From contig CP051526.1 in NCBI GenBank assembly GCA_050916045.1, forward strand, positions 3,552,001-3,616,000: a stretch of 64,000 nucleotides of DNA, read 5' to 3'. The stretch is from Tepidisphaera sp. (GTDB lineage Bacteria > Planctomycetota > Phycisphaerae > Phycisphaerales > UBA1924). The stretch's first letter is position 1; every line of letters begins with the position of its first letter. A program made the position numbers and the translations under genes. Positions 29,454 to 39,979 of the stretch are shown in pieces. Below the pieces are notes generated by a model that was not told the origin of the DNA, made no database searches, and saw nothing but the letters and a program-made list of their open reading frames with translations.

Positions 29454-30014
29454 TCACCGCGAAAGAGGCCGGCCAAGGACCCTGTCGCACGCCGACTTCA
29501 TGTCCGGCACGTCGGGGGCTCCGACGCGGACGCATCGCCAGGGAGCGATGCCGGCAACCTGGCCGGCGACAAGGTCCCGCTCGGCATCTCCGATCATCCA
29601 GGAACGGTCAAGGTCAACGCCGAGTTCCCTCGCCGCCGCGAGGAACATGCCCGGGCCGGGCTTGCGCCACACGTCCGGGTCGTGCATGAACCGCTCCACC
29701 GTCCCGCCGGGCCTGCGGGGAGCCATGTAGACCCCGGCAAGCGTGACGCTTTCCTCCGCCAGAAGCGCCCGCATCCGGTCGTTGGTCGCTTCCGCCTCTG
29801 TCAGCGAACAGCGTCCTGCGGCGAGCGCCCCCTGGTTGGACACCACGACCAGCGCGAATCCGGCATCGGCCAGCCGCTTGAGGCTTTCGGCGACCGTCGG
29901 AAGCAGCCGAACCCTGCTTGGCTCGAACAGATCCCCGGGCGCGGCGGAATCCGCCGTCGCGTCGGTGGTCGCGATCAGCGTGTCGTCCCGGTCAAGAAAC
30001 ACCGCGGCGTGCAT
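29454..30014 (-). CDS. gmhB: HAD-IIIA phosphatase, D,D-heptose 1,7-bisphosphate phosphatase-like
   Basis: FLDRDDTL, VSNQG, RKPGPGM, SWMIGD; clustered with GT9. Confidence 0.8.
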   Translation of the reverse strand: MHAAVFLDRDDTLIATTDATADSAAPGDLFEPSRVRLLPTVAESLKRLADAGFALVVVSNQGALAAGRCSLTEAEATNDRMRALLAEESVTLAGVYMAPRRPGGTVERFMHDPDVWRKPGPGMFLAAARELGVDLDRSWMIGDAERDLVAGQVAGIAPWRCVRVGAPDVPDMKSACDRVLGRPLSR

Positions 30015-30066
30015 CGCTTCACGGTATCACCCGCGCCGCCGAGCGTCGGGACCCCAACAATCAGCC

Positions 30067-31158
30067 ATGGGTATCCAGGATCGGAGATACAACCCACGCG
30101 GAGGAGGCGGCGGATTCGGCGATTCGTTCCGCCGGATGCTCGAGAGCGCGGACGGGTTTTTCGGGTGGTCTTTCCCGCTTTTCCGCGTCCCCCGATGGGT
30201 TCCGGGCATTCGCAACATCGACGTCCGGGTTCACATCCTCTACATCCTCATCCTGCTGGGCCAGCTCGCGGGTGCCGCCGGGTCAAACGGCGTCGGCGTG
30301 GCGAGAATGGCGATCTGGATGGCGATGCTCTTCGTCCTCGTGCTGCTTCACGAGTTCGGGCACTGCCTCGCGTGCCGGCTGGTCGGGGGTTCGGCGGACA
30401 AAGTCCTGATGTGGCCGCTGGGCGGCTTGGCGTACTGCGAACCGCCCCGCCGGTGGAAGCCGGCGCTGATCACGACCCTTGGCGGTCCGGGAGTCAATGT
30501 GATCCTCTTCCCCGTCTTCGCCGCCGGGCTTTTCGCGGCCGGTGCGGGTTGGTCCGACGTCTTCTTCAACCCCTTCCAACCCGGCGCGGGGCTTTCGCCC
30601 GAGTTCTACGGGATGTCTTGGCGCGGCTGGCTTTGGTCCGCCCACTCCATGAACCTGCTGCTTCTCGCGTTCAACATGCTGCTCCCGATGTTCCCGATGG
30701 ATGCCGGCCGCGTGGTGCAGGAGATCCTCTGGTCCCGCGTGGGCTATCAGCGGTCGATGGTGATCGCGGTCAACGTCGGCCTCTTCGCCGCCGTTGCCGT
30801 CGGCATCTTCGGGATCGCCACCGGCAAATCGATGCTCGTCGGCATCGCCATTTTCGGCGGCCTCACCTGCTACACCGAACGGCAGAAACTCGCCATGATG
30901 GGTGAAAGCTCCCCCTGGTCGTACGACACCGACCGCGGCTACTCCGGTTTCCGCGTCGAGCAGGATTCCGCCCCCGCCCGACCCTCCTGGTCCGAGCGTC
31001 GCAAAGCCAAAGCCGCGGAGAAACAAGCCGCCCAGAGCGCCGCTCGCGATGCCGAGGTCGACCGCATCCTCGGCAAGATCGCCACCCAGGGCATGGGCTC
31101 GCTCACCGCGAAAGAGAAAGCCACGCTCGACGCCGCGAGCAAAGCCAAGCGCCTCTAG
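30067..31158 (+). CDS. Site-2 protease (M50) family membrane metalloprotease with C-terminal helical tail
   Basis: LLHEFGH, LGGLA, GGPGVN, FNMLLPMFPMDAG; tail VDRILGKIATQGMGSLT. Confidence 0.9.
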   Translation: MGIQDRRYNPRGGGGGFGDSFRRMLESADGFFGWSFPLFRVPRWVPGIRNIDVRVHILYILILLGQLAGAAGSNGVGVARMAIWMAMLFVLVLLHEFGHCLACRLVGGSADKVLMWPLGGLAYCEPPRRWKPALITTLGGPGVNVILFPVFAAGLFAAGAGWSDVFFNPFQPGAGLSPEFYGMSWRGWLWSAHSMNLLLLAFNMLLPMFPMDAGRVVQEILWSRVGYQRSMVIAVNVGLFAAVAVGIFGIATGKSMLVGIAIFGGLTCYTERQKLAMMGESSPWSYDTDRGYSGFRVEQDSAPARPSWSERRKAKAAEKQAAQSAARDAEVDRILGKIATQGMGSLTAKEKATLDAASKAKRL

Positions 31159-31297
31159 CGCCGCTTCGCCACCCGCGTCCGGGTCGTGTTCGACGAACTG
31201 CGACCGTGCGGACAGCCCCGCTCGAACGCTCCTTGAATTCGTTCGCGCACCCGTCACGTTCCAAGCCTCTCGCGGTCGATACATCCGCCCGCTCGCC

Positions 31298-31972
31298 ATG
31301 CCCAATCGCGCTCCATCCTCCGCCCGCTTCTACCTCGGCGCGTTCATCCTCGCCGTCGGACTCGCCGGCATCCTCCGCTGGCAGGACGTCTCCGCCCTCC
31401 AGCCCGCCCGCCCCGAAAACCTCGCCACACCGACGCCAAGCCTCTGGCCCGGCATGCAGGACCGCTCCGCTTCCGTCATGGCCGAGGTGAAAGCCATGAA
31501 GCTCGTCACCGCCGAGGTCCGCACCAACGTCACCAGCACCTCCTCCGACGTCAGCATGTTCGGCGATGTCTCCGCGACCGTCACCGCACCCGTCCGCTTG
31601 CTGTACGGGTGCGACCTCGCCTCGCTCGAAACCACCGCGATCACCTTCAGCCCCCTGCACGACGTCTACCTGCTCCGCGTCCGCCCGCCGGAACGCATCG
31701 CCGCCGAGATCCAGACCCCCTTCGAGAAAGCCGAGGTCAAGACCGGCTGGATGCGAAGCCGGGCCACCGACGGCGAGTTCCACCTCGGCGAAGCCCGCCG
31801 CGACCTCATGCTCCGCGCTGAGGAACTCGCGCCCGACGCCGAACAGCGGATCCGCTTGCGCGAGGACGCCCGGAGTCAGGTCGCGGCTCTCGTCCGAAAG
31901 ATCGTCGGCGATCGCGCGGGGGTCAAGGTGACCTTCACCGACGAGTTCGGGCTTGCGGGGAGCGGGAAATGA
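31298..31972 (+). CDS. Membrane-anchored protein, DUF4230-like
   Basis: Single N-terminal TM; KLVTAEV, YGCDL, RPPE pattern; stop overlaps next start. Confidence 0.6.
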   Translation: MPNRAPSSARFYLGAFILAVGLAGILRWQDVSALQPARPENLATPTPSLWPGMQDRSASVMAEVKAMKLVTAEVRTNVTSTSSDVSMFGDVSATVTAPVRLLYGCDLASLETTAITFSPLHDVYLLRVRPPERIAAEIQTPFEKAEVKTGWMRSRATDGEFHLGEARRDLMLRAEELAPDAEQRIRLREDARSQVAALVRKIVGDRAGVKVTFTDEFGLAGSGK

Positions 31973-33033
31973 CGCGGATCTGGCGAGCTCGCTGGTGCAT
32001 GGCCCGGCTTGTGTTCGCCATGGTGCTCCTCGCGCTCTTCGCGGCCGACCGCCCGGCTCACCTCGCCCGGATCGGGCTCGCGTCCCTCCCGGACGCCGAC
32101 CCCGCGGCCCGCGTCGCGGATCTGCGGGCGCAGGGACAGTTCGGGGATGCTCTGCTCGTCGCGGCCGCCGGCCTCGAATGGACCGAAGGACACGCCCGCG
32201 AGAAGCTGCTCGAACAGGAACGGCTCACCCGTGAAGAGCAAGCAAGCTGGTTCCGCCGGGCCAGGGAGGTCGGGATGGGGGCCCTCACCGGCCGCGGCGA
32301 ATCGCTCGAGCGGCTGATCGGCGCCGTCGGCTCGGACCTCTTCCTCGTCGGCGACGTCCGCGACCTCACGATCGAAGCCATGAACCAAGCCACCACCGGC
32401 GACAGCGACGAACTGATCGTCCTGCTCTCGACCGCCGGAGTCATCACCTCCGTCGCGCCGCAGATCGACTGGGCCCCCGCCGTCGTGAAAGCCGCTCGCA
32501 AAGCCGGGGCTTTGGGTGACACGTTCGCCTCCACGTTGGGAGCGGCTCTCCGCCAAGGAAAGTGGGCGGACGCCCGGGCGCTGATCAACCCCATCGGTGA
32601 CCTCGCGAGAGCGACCTCACCCGCGACCGCGCTCCGCGTCATGCCCTCGGCCGCTTCCGCGGATGATCTCACCCGTCTGGCCGAGTTCGCCAAATCCGGC
32701 AAGCAGTCCGCGGCGGCGCTGCACGCGGGCGGAAAGTCCGCCGCCGATCTGCTGCTCCGAGCCGAGCGAAACGGGGAAGCGATGGTCACCGCCGCGGCTC
32801 GCAAGGGGCCGCGCGGGTTTGAGTTCCTGACCGGCGCCGGCCGGGCGGCGATCAAGCCTCACCCGATTCTCGGCCTGCTCAAGGGCTTGTGGAAGGGCAA
32901 CATCACCGCGCTGGCCGAGCGAGCGGTCGAACGCCTCAGCCCGCACGGCTGGTGGATCATCCCGCTCCTCGCCGCGTGGACGTTTGTCGAACTGCTGACG
33001 CTCTGGCGCAGGCTCACCACACCCGCGAGCTGA
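31969..33033 (+). CDS. Hypothetical membrane protein
   Basis: Ala-rich ORF with host-like codon usage, terminal TM helices, SDLFLVGDVRDL motif; coupled to upstream gene. Confidence 0.7.
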   Translation: MTRIWRARWCMARLVFAMVLLALFAADRPAHLARIGLASLPDADPAARVADLRAQGQFGDALLVAAAGLEWTEGHAREKLLEQERLTREEQASWFRRAREVGMGALTGRGESLERLIGAVGSDLFLVGDVRDLTIEAMNQATTGDSDELIVLLSTAGVITSVAPQIDWAPAVVKAARKAGALGDTFASTLGAALRQGKWADARALINPIGDLARATSPATALRVMPSAASADDLTRLAEFAKSGKQSAAALHAGGKSAADLLLRAERNGEAMVTAAARKGPRGFEFLTGAGRAAIKPHPILGLLKGLWKGNITALAERAVERLSPHGWWIIPLLAAWTFVELLTLWRRLTTPAS

Positions 33034-33038
33034 CCGGC

Positions 33039-34325
33039 TCAGATCAACGGATCGAGCGCCGAACACACCCGGTCGACCTCCTCCATCGACGTGTAGTGCG
33101 CAAAGCTCACGCGCGCCACCGCCGGGATCCCCATCGCGTCCAGAAGCCGCTTGGAGTACGCGTGCCCCTGACGAATGCCGATGTTCCGCTCGGCCATCGC
33201 GAGCGAGAGAGCTTGCGGCGTGATCTTGTCCGACAGGAAAGCGATCGTCGCGACCCGCGACGGGCCCGTCGAGGCCGGGCCGACGATCCGCACCCCGGGC
33301 TTGGACAGAAGAAACTCGATGAACCGCTTCTGAAGCGAGAGTTCGATCGTTTCCATCACGCCAAACGCCCGCTCGAAGGTCCGCCGCGTCACCGGCCCCG
33401 TCTCGCCGACCAGACCCGCGAGGAAAGCGACATAGTCCGCGAGAGCCGCGATCCCCGCTGCGGACTCGTGGTTTGCCCCGCCGAGCTCCCACTTGTACGG
33501 CAGGTTGTCCTTGGGGATGAACTCGTGGTTGGGCCCGGTCAGATCAGCGAACGCCTCGAGCGTGCCGAGCATGGCTCCCGCGTGCGGACCGAAGACCTTG
33601 TACGTCGAGTAGATGTACCAGTCGCAGCCCATCCGCCCAATGTCCGGCGCGTGGTGCGGCGCGAAAGCGACGCCGTCGACGACGACCTTGGCGCCGGCTT
33701 CATGGGCGAGCTTGGCGACCGGCGCCGGATCCCACACTTCGCCCAGGATGTTCGAGACCTGCGGGAAGGTGACGAGCGCCGTCCGCGGCGACAAAAGCGA
33801 AGCCAGCGTGTTCAGGTTCGGCCGCCAGACGATTTCGCGCGGGCCGCACGGCACCGGCTCCGCCTGCCAGGGGATCACCGTGAACCCGCGCCGGGCGAGG
33901 TTGAGCCACGGGCCGACGTTGGCTTCGTGCCCGGCGGTACAGACGATGACCTCGGATCGCTCCTTCGGCAAAGCTCCCGTCGTGCGGGCATCGGCGTACG
34001 CGTGCGCCAGCGTGTGGCAGCAGACCGTCGTCGAGGAGGTGATGACGGCTTCGCCAAGGCCCCGGCCGACGACCTCGTCCCCCTGTACGCCCGCGTGGCC
34101 GTTGAGGTAGATCTTCACCACCTCGTGCGCTCGCCTCACGATCTCCGTCGCACGCTTGCTCGTGGCGTAGTCAGCGTTGAGCTGCACGAACGAGAGTCGC
34201 ATGTACGCGTGGATCGCGTCGATCACCTGGATCGGGAGCTGCGACCCGCCCGCGTTGTCGAGAAGGGTGTCGGGCCCGGCAAGCCCGGGGAACTGGGCTC
34301 TGATCTGCGGCAGAAGGTTGAGCAT
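33039..34325 (-). CDS. Aminotransferase class V / cysteine desulfurase-like protein
   Basis: LDNAGGSQ, HEANVGPW, SNILG, VDGVAFAPH, STYKVFGPH (PLP Lys), RVSFAHY. Confidence 0.9.
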   Translation of the reverse strand: MLNLLPQIRAQFPGLAGPDTLLDNAGGSQLPIQVIDAIHAYMRLSFVQLNADYATSKRATEIVRRAHEVVKIYLNGHAGVQGDEVVGRGLGEAVITSSTTVCCHTLAHAYADARTTGALPKERSEVIVCTAGHEANVGPWLNLARRGFTVIPWQAEPVPCGPREIVWRPNLNTLASLLSPRTALVTFPQVSNILGEVWDPAPVAKLAHEAGAKVVVDGVAFAPHHAPDIGRMGCDWYIYSTYKVFGPHAGAMLGTLEAFADLTGPNHEFIPKDNLPYKWELGGANHESAAGIAALADYVAFLAGLVGETGPVTRRTFERAFGVMETIELSLQKRFIEFLLSKPGVRIVGPASTGPSRVATIAFLSDKITPQALSLAMAERNIGIRQGHAYSKRLLDAMGIPAVARVSFAHYTSMEEVDRVCSALDPLI

Positions 34326-34403
34326 GCGTTTCCAGCGTAGGAACAACGCGGCCCGGACGGATCGTCCGGGCCGCGGCATGATGCTCAGGATTGGAAGGCG
34401 GCT

Positions 34404-35372
34404 TTAGTTCTCGGGGATCGCGTCGCTGGTCACGATCTCGCGGAACTTCTTGCGGAGCTGCTTGGTGATCGGCCCTTCGCCGTCGGACAGCCGCGTGGAC
34501 TTGGTGATGGTGCCCTTGCCGTCGTGCTGATCGATCTCGGTGACGCCGATGATCTCGGCGGCCGTGCCGGTCAGGAACACCTCGTCAGCGGCCAGGACCT
34601 CCTCCAGCCGCATGTTCTTCTCAACGCAGCGGAAGCCGAGCGAAGGAGCAAGCTCACGAGCCACGAACCGCCGCGTGATCCCCTCGAGGATGCCCGCATC
34701 GCTGGGCGGCGTGTAGATGACGCCGTTCTTGATGACGAAGATGTTGTCGCCCGAGCCTTCGGTGACGTACCCGTCGGTGTTGAGCATGATGCACTCGTCG
34801 CAGCCGAAGTCGATGGCTTCGCACTTGGCGAGGATGTTGTTGAGGTAGTTGAGGCTCTTGACGCGGGGGTCGAGGCAGTCGATGGGCGTCTTGGGCCGGT
34901 TGGCGACGACGACGCGCATCCCCGCTTCGTACGCTTCGGCGGAGAAGAGGCGGATCTGGTCCGCGATGCAGATGATGCCGGGGACGGGGCAACGGCGCGG
35001 GTCAAGGCCGAGCGTGCCGAACCCGCGGGTCACGACCAGGCGGATGTACCCCTCGCTCAGCCCGTTGGCGGCGATGCAGTCCCGCTGGATCTTCACCATC
35101 TCGGCTTTCTCGATCGGGATGCGCAAGCGGATCTGCTCGGCGCAGTGGTACAGGCGGTCGACGTGCTGCTGGCACTTGAAGATCTTGCCGCGGTAGATGC
35201 GGATCCCCTCGAACACCCCGTCACCGTACAAAAGCCCGTGGTCATACACCGACACCATCGCCTGCGATTTGGGGACGATTTTCCCGTTCACATAGATGAG
35301 CGGACGGTCGGCGTCCTGCTGCCCTGCGGTGGTGCGGGCGGAGGTCTCGGCCGAAGCGACAGAACTGCTCAT
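34404..35372 (-). CDS. ilvE: Branched-chain amino acid aminotransferase
   Basis: DHGLLYGDGVFEGIR, YIRLVVTRG, KSLNYLNN, EGSGDN, LEGITR, ADEVFLTGTAAE. Confidence 0.93.
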   Translation of the reverse strand: MSSSVASAETSARTTAGQQDADRPLIYVNGKIVPKSQAMVSVYDHGLLYGDGVFEGIRIYRGKIFKCQQHVDRLYHCAEQIRLRIPIEKAEMVKIQRDCIAANGLSEGYIRLVVTRGFGTLGLDPRRCPVPGIICIADQIRLFSAEAYEAGMRVVVANRPKTPIDCLDPRVKSLNYLNNILAKCEAIDFGCDECIMLNTDGYVTEGSGDNIFVIKNGVIYTPPSDAGILEGITRRFVARELAPSLGFRCVEKNMRLEEVLAADEVFLTGTAAEIIGVTEIDQHDGKGTITKSTRLSDGEGPITKQLRKKFREIVTSDAIPEN

Positions 35373-35521
35373 GGGAAAATCTCCTTTCAGACCGCGATGA
35401 TACGCCGCGCGACCCCGCGAAGTTGAAAAAAATCCGAGCCCGGCCACCCCCGCAACCGCCCACTTTCTCACCGAACCCCCGCGCGGCCCGCCAGCCCCCC
35501 AAATAGCCATCCTCGGTCGGC

Positions 35522-37618
35522 TCAGACCGTGCGCCAGGAAGCCCCGCACTGCGTGTTCAGCAGGCCGACAAGGGTGTTCACCTCAGTGTCCACCTCTTCG
35601 TGCCGGAGCGTCTTGCCCGCGTCCCGGAACCGAAGCCGAAGCGTCAGCGACTTCTTCCCCGCTCCGATCTGCTTGCCCCTGAACGTCCCCACGAACTCAA
35701 GCGACTCAAGCCGCGGCAGCTTGGACGAACTCACCACCGTGCGGACCTCGTCCCACGTCATCGCTTCCGCCACGATCGGCGACAGGTCGCGCTCGACCGC
35801 CGGGAACGTCGGCAAAGCTTCCACCCGCGACTTGGGCGGGAAAAGCCCAACCACCGCCGCAAGGTTCAGCTCCGCGCACACGTGCACACTCTCCAGCCCG
35901 AAAGACTGTGCGTGCCCCGAACCCACCACGGCCAGGTATCCGGCCTTCACCCCGTTGATCAAGACCGTCGCGTACGACCCCGCGTCCAGCGCATCGCAGT
36001 GCGGCGCCGCCTTGACGATCGCAAGCTCCGCCGCCGCTCCGCCAAGCTGCTTCACCAGCGACTCGATGGTCCCGCGGATCGTCCGGACCCCGGTTTGCAG
36101 ATCCGCGATCGTCGGTTTCTTCCCCGACACCGGCACGTCCGCGAGCAGAGCGATGTTGCGGTGCTCAGCGCTCTTGCCGTCCGCCTGCCCGAAGACCGAA
36201 GCGATCTCGAAGAGGCGAATCCCGCTCTCCCCGGGCATCTTCACCTGACCATCCTGGTTGGCTTTCCGACACGCCAGCAGGTTCGGGATCACGCTCGGGC
36301 GGAGCGTCGGCTCCGCTCCGCGCCGTTCATCGTCCACGTTGACCACGGCCAAGCCCTTGGGAATCCACGCCGCGCCGATCGCCGGCTTCACGAAGCTGAA
36401 CGTCACCGCTTCGAAGTACCCCTGCGCCGTCAGCACGCCCGCGATCTCCCTCATCGCCCGCTGAGAGTCCTGCGGCGGCTTGACCGCCACCGGGAGCTTC
36501 TCCGCCATGGGGATCGCGTCCAATCCGTTCGTGCGGGCCACTTCTTCGATCAGGTCGATCTCGCCCGTGAGGTCCACGCGCGTCGCCGGGATCGTGCACG
36601 TCACCACCCCGGCGGCTTTGGACACCGGAGCCAGTCCCTGCGCCGAGAGAAGCGTCGAGATCCTCGCGTCCTCGATCGCGTACCCGAGGATCGACCGACA
36701 GCGCGACAGACGAAGGTCGATCGTCCGCGCCGGCGGAAGATCCTTCCCCCCCGTCATCGTCCCCTCGCAAAGCTCGCCCCCCGCCACTTCCACGATCAGC
36801 GCCGCCGCCCGATCCGAAGCGTACTGAAGCGTGCGTGCATCCACGACCCGCTCGAAACGATGCCCCGCGTCCGTCCGAATCTGAAGCCGGCGCGCCGCCC
36901 GACGAATCGTCGCCGGATCCCACGTCGCCACCTCAAGCACAACATCCGTCGTCGCCGCCGTGACCTCCGACTCGCCGCCGCCGATCACGCCGGCCAGGCT
37001 CTGCGGCTTGGCGTTGTCCGCCACGACCAGTTCATCCGCGCGGAGTTTGCGCTCCTTCCCGTCCAGCGTCAGCAGCCGTTCGCCGTCGCTCGCGAAGCGC
37101 ACCACCAGCGCCGCACCCTCAAGCTTCGAAAGGTCGAACACATGGCACGGGTTGCCAAGCTCAAAGCAGATGAAGTTGGTGACGTCAACCACGTTGTTGA
37201 TCGACCGCTGCCCCACCGCTTCGAGCGCACGCACCAGCCACGCCGGGCTCGGCCCGACCTTCACGCCGCGGATCACCCGCGCCGTGAACCGAGGACACGC
37301 ATCCGGCGTGCGCACATCGAGTTTGAGCGCCGAGGCGACCGGCCGGCCGTTGCCCGGGACCGCCTTGACGACGGGCATCGCGAACGCCCGGCCCGTCTTG
37401 GCCGCGATCTCTCGCGCAAGACCGACCTGGCTGAGGCAGTCACCGCGATTTGACGTTACTTCGACATCAAGACGTGTATCCGGGGTTTCCCATTGGAAAA
37501 CAACCTCTTCCCGCGTCTCGATCGGAAAGCCGAGGTTCATGAGCACATCCGCGGCTTCATCCGCGGTGAGATTGGCGGGCGTTAGGTACTGGTTGAGCCA
37601 GCGAACTGATGCGTGCAT
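35522..37618 (-). CDS. pheT: Phenylalanine-tRNA ligase beta subunit (short form lacking the B2 OB domain)
   Basis: SNRGDCLS, NNVVDVTN, PCHVFD, LAGVIGG, RFER, RVDL..EIDLIEEVAR, LRPS, VERDLS, KKSL. Confidence 0.95.
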   Translation of the reverse strand: MHASVRWLNQYLTPANLTADEAADVLMNLGFPIETREEVVFQWETPDTRLDVEVTSNRGDCLSQVGLAREIAAKTGRAFAMPVVKAVPGNGRPVASALKLDVRTPDACPRFTARVIRGVKVGPSPAWLVRALEAVGQRSINNVVDVTNFICFELGNPCHVFDLSKLEGAALVVRFASDGERLLTLDGKERKLRADELVVADNAKPQSLAGVIGGGESEVTAATTDVVLEVATWDPATIRRAARRLQIRTDAGHRFERVVDARTLQYASDRAAALIVEVAGGELCEGTMTGGKDLPPARTIDLRLSRCRSILGYAIEDARISTLLSAQGLAPVSKAAGVVTCTIPATRVDLTGEIDLIEEVARTNGLDAIPMAEKLPVAVKPPQDSQRAMREIAGVLTAQGYFEAVTFSFVKPAIGAAWIPKGLAVVNVDDERRGAEPTLRPSVIPNLLACRKANQDGQVKMPGESGIRLFEIASVFGQADGKSAEHRNIALLADVPVSGKKPTIADLQTGVRTIRGTIESLVKQLGGAAAELAIVKAAPHCDALDAGSYATVLINGVKAGYLAVVGSGHAQSFGLESVHVCAELNLAAVVGLFPPKSRVEALPTFPAVERDLSPIVAEAMTWDEVRTVVSSSKLPRLESLEFVGTFRGKQIGAGKKSLTLRLRFRDAGKTLRHEEVDTEVNTLVGLLNTQCGASWRTV

Positions 37619-37672
37619 AAGGCCCGAACGGTAGGTGGTTCGGCGGTTCTCGTCGCCTCGCAATGTTTGGGG

Positions 37673-37701
37673 TTGACAGTCACGTCCGCTTCAGTTATAC
37701 C
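37673..37701 (+). promoter_or_regulatory. Sigma70-like promoter upstream of secreted repeat protein
   Basis: TTGACA-N17-TATACC. Confidence 0.5.
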
Positions 37702-37806
37702 ACACGAGCGAGCAGCGATCAGCGCTCGGCTTTCGGTGTTGTCGTGGGCATCGAATGTCCAAACACCGGGTCATCGTGGTCCCCCTTTACTGGACGGAGG
37801 ATGTTT

Positions 37807-39762
37807 ATGCGTATGAAGGCACCGCTTCTCATTTTGGCTGCGGCTGGCTTGGTCGGAACCGCATCGGCGCAGACCGGCCTTCCGAAGAACCAAACCTCAA
37901 ACCTCGCTGGGAGCGCGAAGATCCACAAGACTCAGGTCGCCCCGATCCCGGGCTTTGGCTCGCGCGTCGACGCGGCCGACAACTGCGCCGATGCTCCGGC
38001 GGTGGTTGACGGCGACGTCGTGAATTTCAACACCGCCGGCGCCTCCAACGACTTCGCCGCTTCCTGCGGCCTGTCGAGCGGCAGCGCGGACGTGTGGGTC
38101 AAGGTCGTCGCGACGGCGAACATCCGCGTCACGCTTGCGACCTGCGGCCTGACCGCGGGCGACACCGTTCTGGCGGTGACCGACGGGTGCGGCGGCGGCG
38201 AGGTTCTGTGCCAGGACGACTCCTGCGGCCTTCAGACGCAGGTGAGCTTCCTCATGGATGCCGGCCAGACGTACTACGCCCGCGTTGCCGGCTACAACAA
38301 CACCACGCCCTCCGGCCAGCTTTCGGTTTCGATCATCCCGAACGTTCCGGGCGGCTCGGCTTCTGACGCGTGCGAAGACGCTCCGCTCGTCGGCGTGGGC
38401 ATCCACGATTTCGACACGACGTCCGCGACCAACGACTACGCCGCGACCTGCGGCGCGTCGGGCGCCTCGCCCGACGCGTGGCTGAAGTACACCACCGGCG
38501 ACACCTCCGAGCAGGTGACGGCGACGACGTGCGGCCTTTCCGGCAACGACACGGTTCTGGCCATGGTCGACGGCTGCGGCGGCAGCCAGCTGGCGTGCGT
38601 CGATGACGCGTGCGGCCTGCAGTCGACGGTCTCGGCGATCGTCGGGCCCAACACGACGGTCTGGATCCGCGTCGCGGGTTACGCGGGCGGCACGGCTTCC
38701 GGCCAGGTGCAGATCTCCGCGGTGGACGTGGTTCCCCCGCCCAACGACTCGTGCGCCACTGCGGCCGAGCTTCAGGTCGGCGTTCCGACGGCGTTCGATT
38801 CGTCCTTCGCGGACGCGGACGGCTCGGCTTCGTGCGGCTTCGGCGGCGATCCGGGCTCGGCCTCGGTGTGGTTCAAGTTCACGGCCAACCGTGACGGACA
38901 GGCCGAGGTGCTCACCTGCGGTCTGGTGGCCTTCGACACGATCATCTCGATGTATGACTCGTGCGACGGGACCGAGCTTGGCTGCAACGACGACGCTTGC
39001 GGCGTGCAGAGCGCCTTCTTCGCCAACGTGACCAACGGTCAGGAATACCTCGTCCGCGTGTCGGGCTACGGCCTCGCCCGCGGCGCGGGTCAGGTGCAGG
39101 TCAACATCGGCGATCCGTGCGAGACGATCCGTCCCTCCGGCGCGGTCGATGAGAACGAGGACTGCCAGTCGACGGGCGGGACCGACACCAACGGCGGCTG
39201 CAACATCCCCGGCTTCCCGGTCGAGCTCGTCGAGGTCGACTCGGTGATCTGGGGCAACGCCTCCACGTTCTTTGATGCCAACACCGGGTTCGACACCCGC
39301 GACACCGACTGGTACGAGTTCACGCTCGACACGGACCGCGACCTCACGATCACGGGTACCGCGGGCTACGACCTCCGCATCTTCCTCCTCGACACCGTCT
39401 GCCCGGACGTGACGATCATCTCCACCGCCAACAGCGGCCGTCCGTGCGCCGAAGCCGTGATCACCGCCAGCCTCACCGCCGGCACCTACCGCGTCTTCGC
39501 GGGCACCAACTTCTTCGCCGGCCTCCCCTGCGACGGCACGATCGATACCCACTACATCCTGACCATCGGCGAGCCCTCCACGGGCTGCGTCGCTGACTTC
39601 AACGGTGACAGCTTCGTCGACTTCTTCGACTACCTCGACTACGTCACCTGCTTCGAGGGCGAGAGCTGCCCCGCCGGCCGCTCGGCCGACGTCAACGGTG
39701 ACGACTTCGTGGACTTCTTCGACTACGCCGACTACGTCGACGCCTTCGAGACCGGCTGCTAA
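37807..39762 (+). CDS. Secreted protein with three tandem Cys-rich ~125-aa repeats, a PPC-like domain and a GC-type dockerin-like tail
   Basis: Signal ending ASA-Q; repeats D.C..A...D.W.K...TCGL...DT.....D.C.G...C.DD.CG.Q; tail CVADFNGD...FETGC*; start may be 37801, 37807 or 37813. Confidence 0.85.
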   Translation: MRMKAPLLILAAAGLVGTASAQTGLPKNQTSNLAGSAKIHKTQVAPIPGFGSRVDAADNCADAPAVVDGDVVNFNTAGASNDFAASCGLSSGSADVWVKVVATANIRVTLATCGLTAGDTVLAVTDGCGGGEVLCQDDSCGLQTQVSFLMDAGQTYYARVAGYNNTTPSGQLSVSIIPNVPGGSASDACEDAPLVGVGIHDFDTTSATNDYAATCGASGASPDAWLKYTTGDTSEQVTATTCGLSGNDTVLAMVDGCGGSQLACVDDACGLQSTVSAIVGPNTTVWIRVAGYAGGTASGQVQISAVDVVPPPNDSCATAAELQVGVPTAFDSSFADADGSASCGFGGDPGSASVWFKFTANRDGQAEVLTCGLVAFDTIISMYDSCDGTELGCNDDACGVQSAFFANVTNGQEYLVRVSGYGLARGAGQVQVNIGDPCETIRPSGAVDENEDCQSTGGTDTNGGCNIPGFPVELVEVDSVIWGNASTFFDANTGFDTRDTDWYEFTLDTDRDLTITGTAGYDLRIFLLDTVCPDVTIISTANSGRPCAEAVITASLTAGTYRVFAGTNFFAGLPCDGTIDTHYILTIGEPSTGCVADFNGDSFVDFFDYLDYVTCFEGESCPAGRSADVNGDDFVDFFDYADYVDAFETGC

Positions 39763-39808
39763 GCCGCCGACCCGGACCTGACCGAAGGTCCGAGTACCAC
39801 GACCCATC

Positions 39809-39848
39809 CAAAGCCCCCGGGTGCCTCCACCCGGGGGCTTTGCGTTTT
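39809..39848 (+). terminator. Intrinsic terminator
   Basis: caaagcccccgggtg cctc cacccgggggctttg followed by cgtttt. Confidence 0.85.
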
Positions 39849-39979
39849 CGCCGACCCAATCGCCGCCAGCCCTCGGAATTCCCGCAATCGGGAGAGATCG
39901 GACTGGCATTCCCCTTCGAATGATGTATGCTGGATCCTCGGGAGGGAACGCTCCCCTGATCAGGCCGGAGGGAACACGA

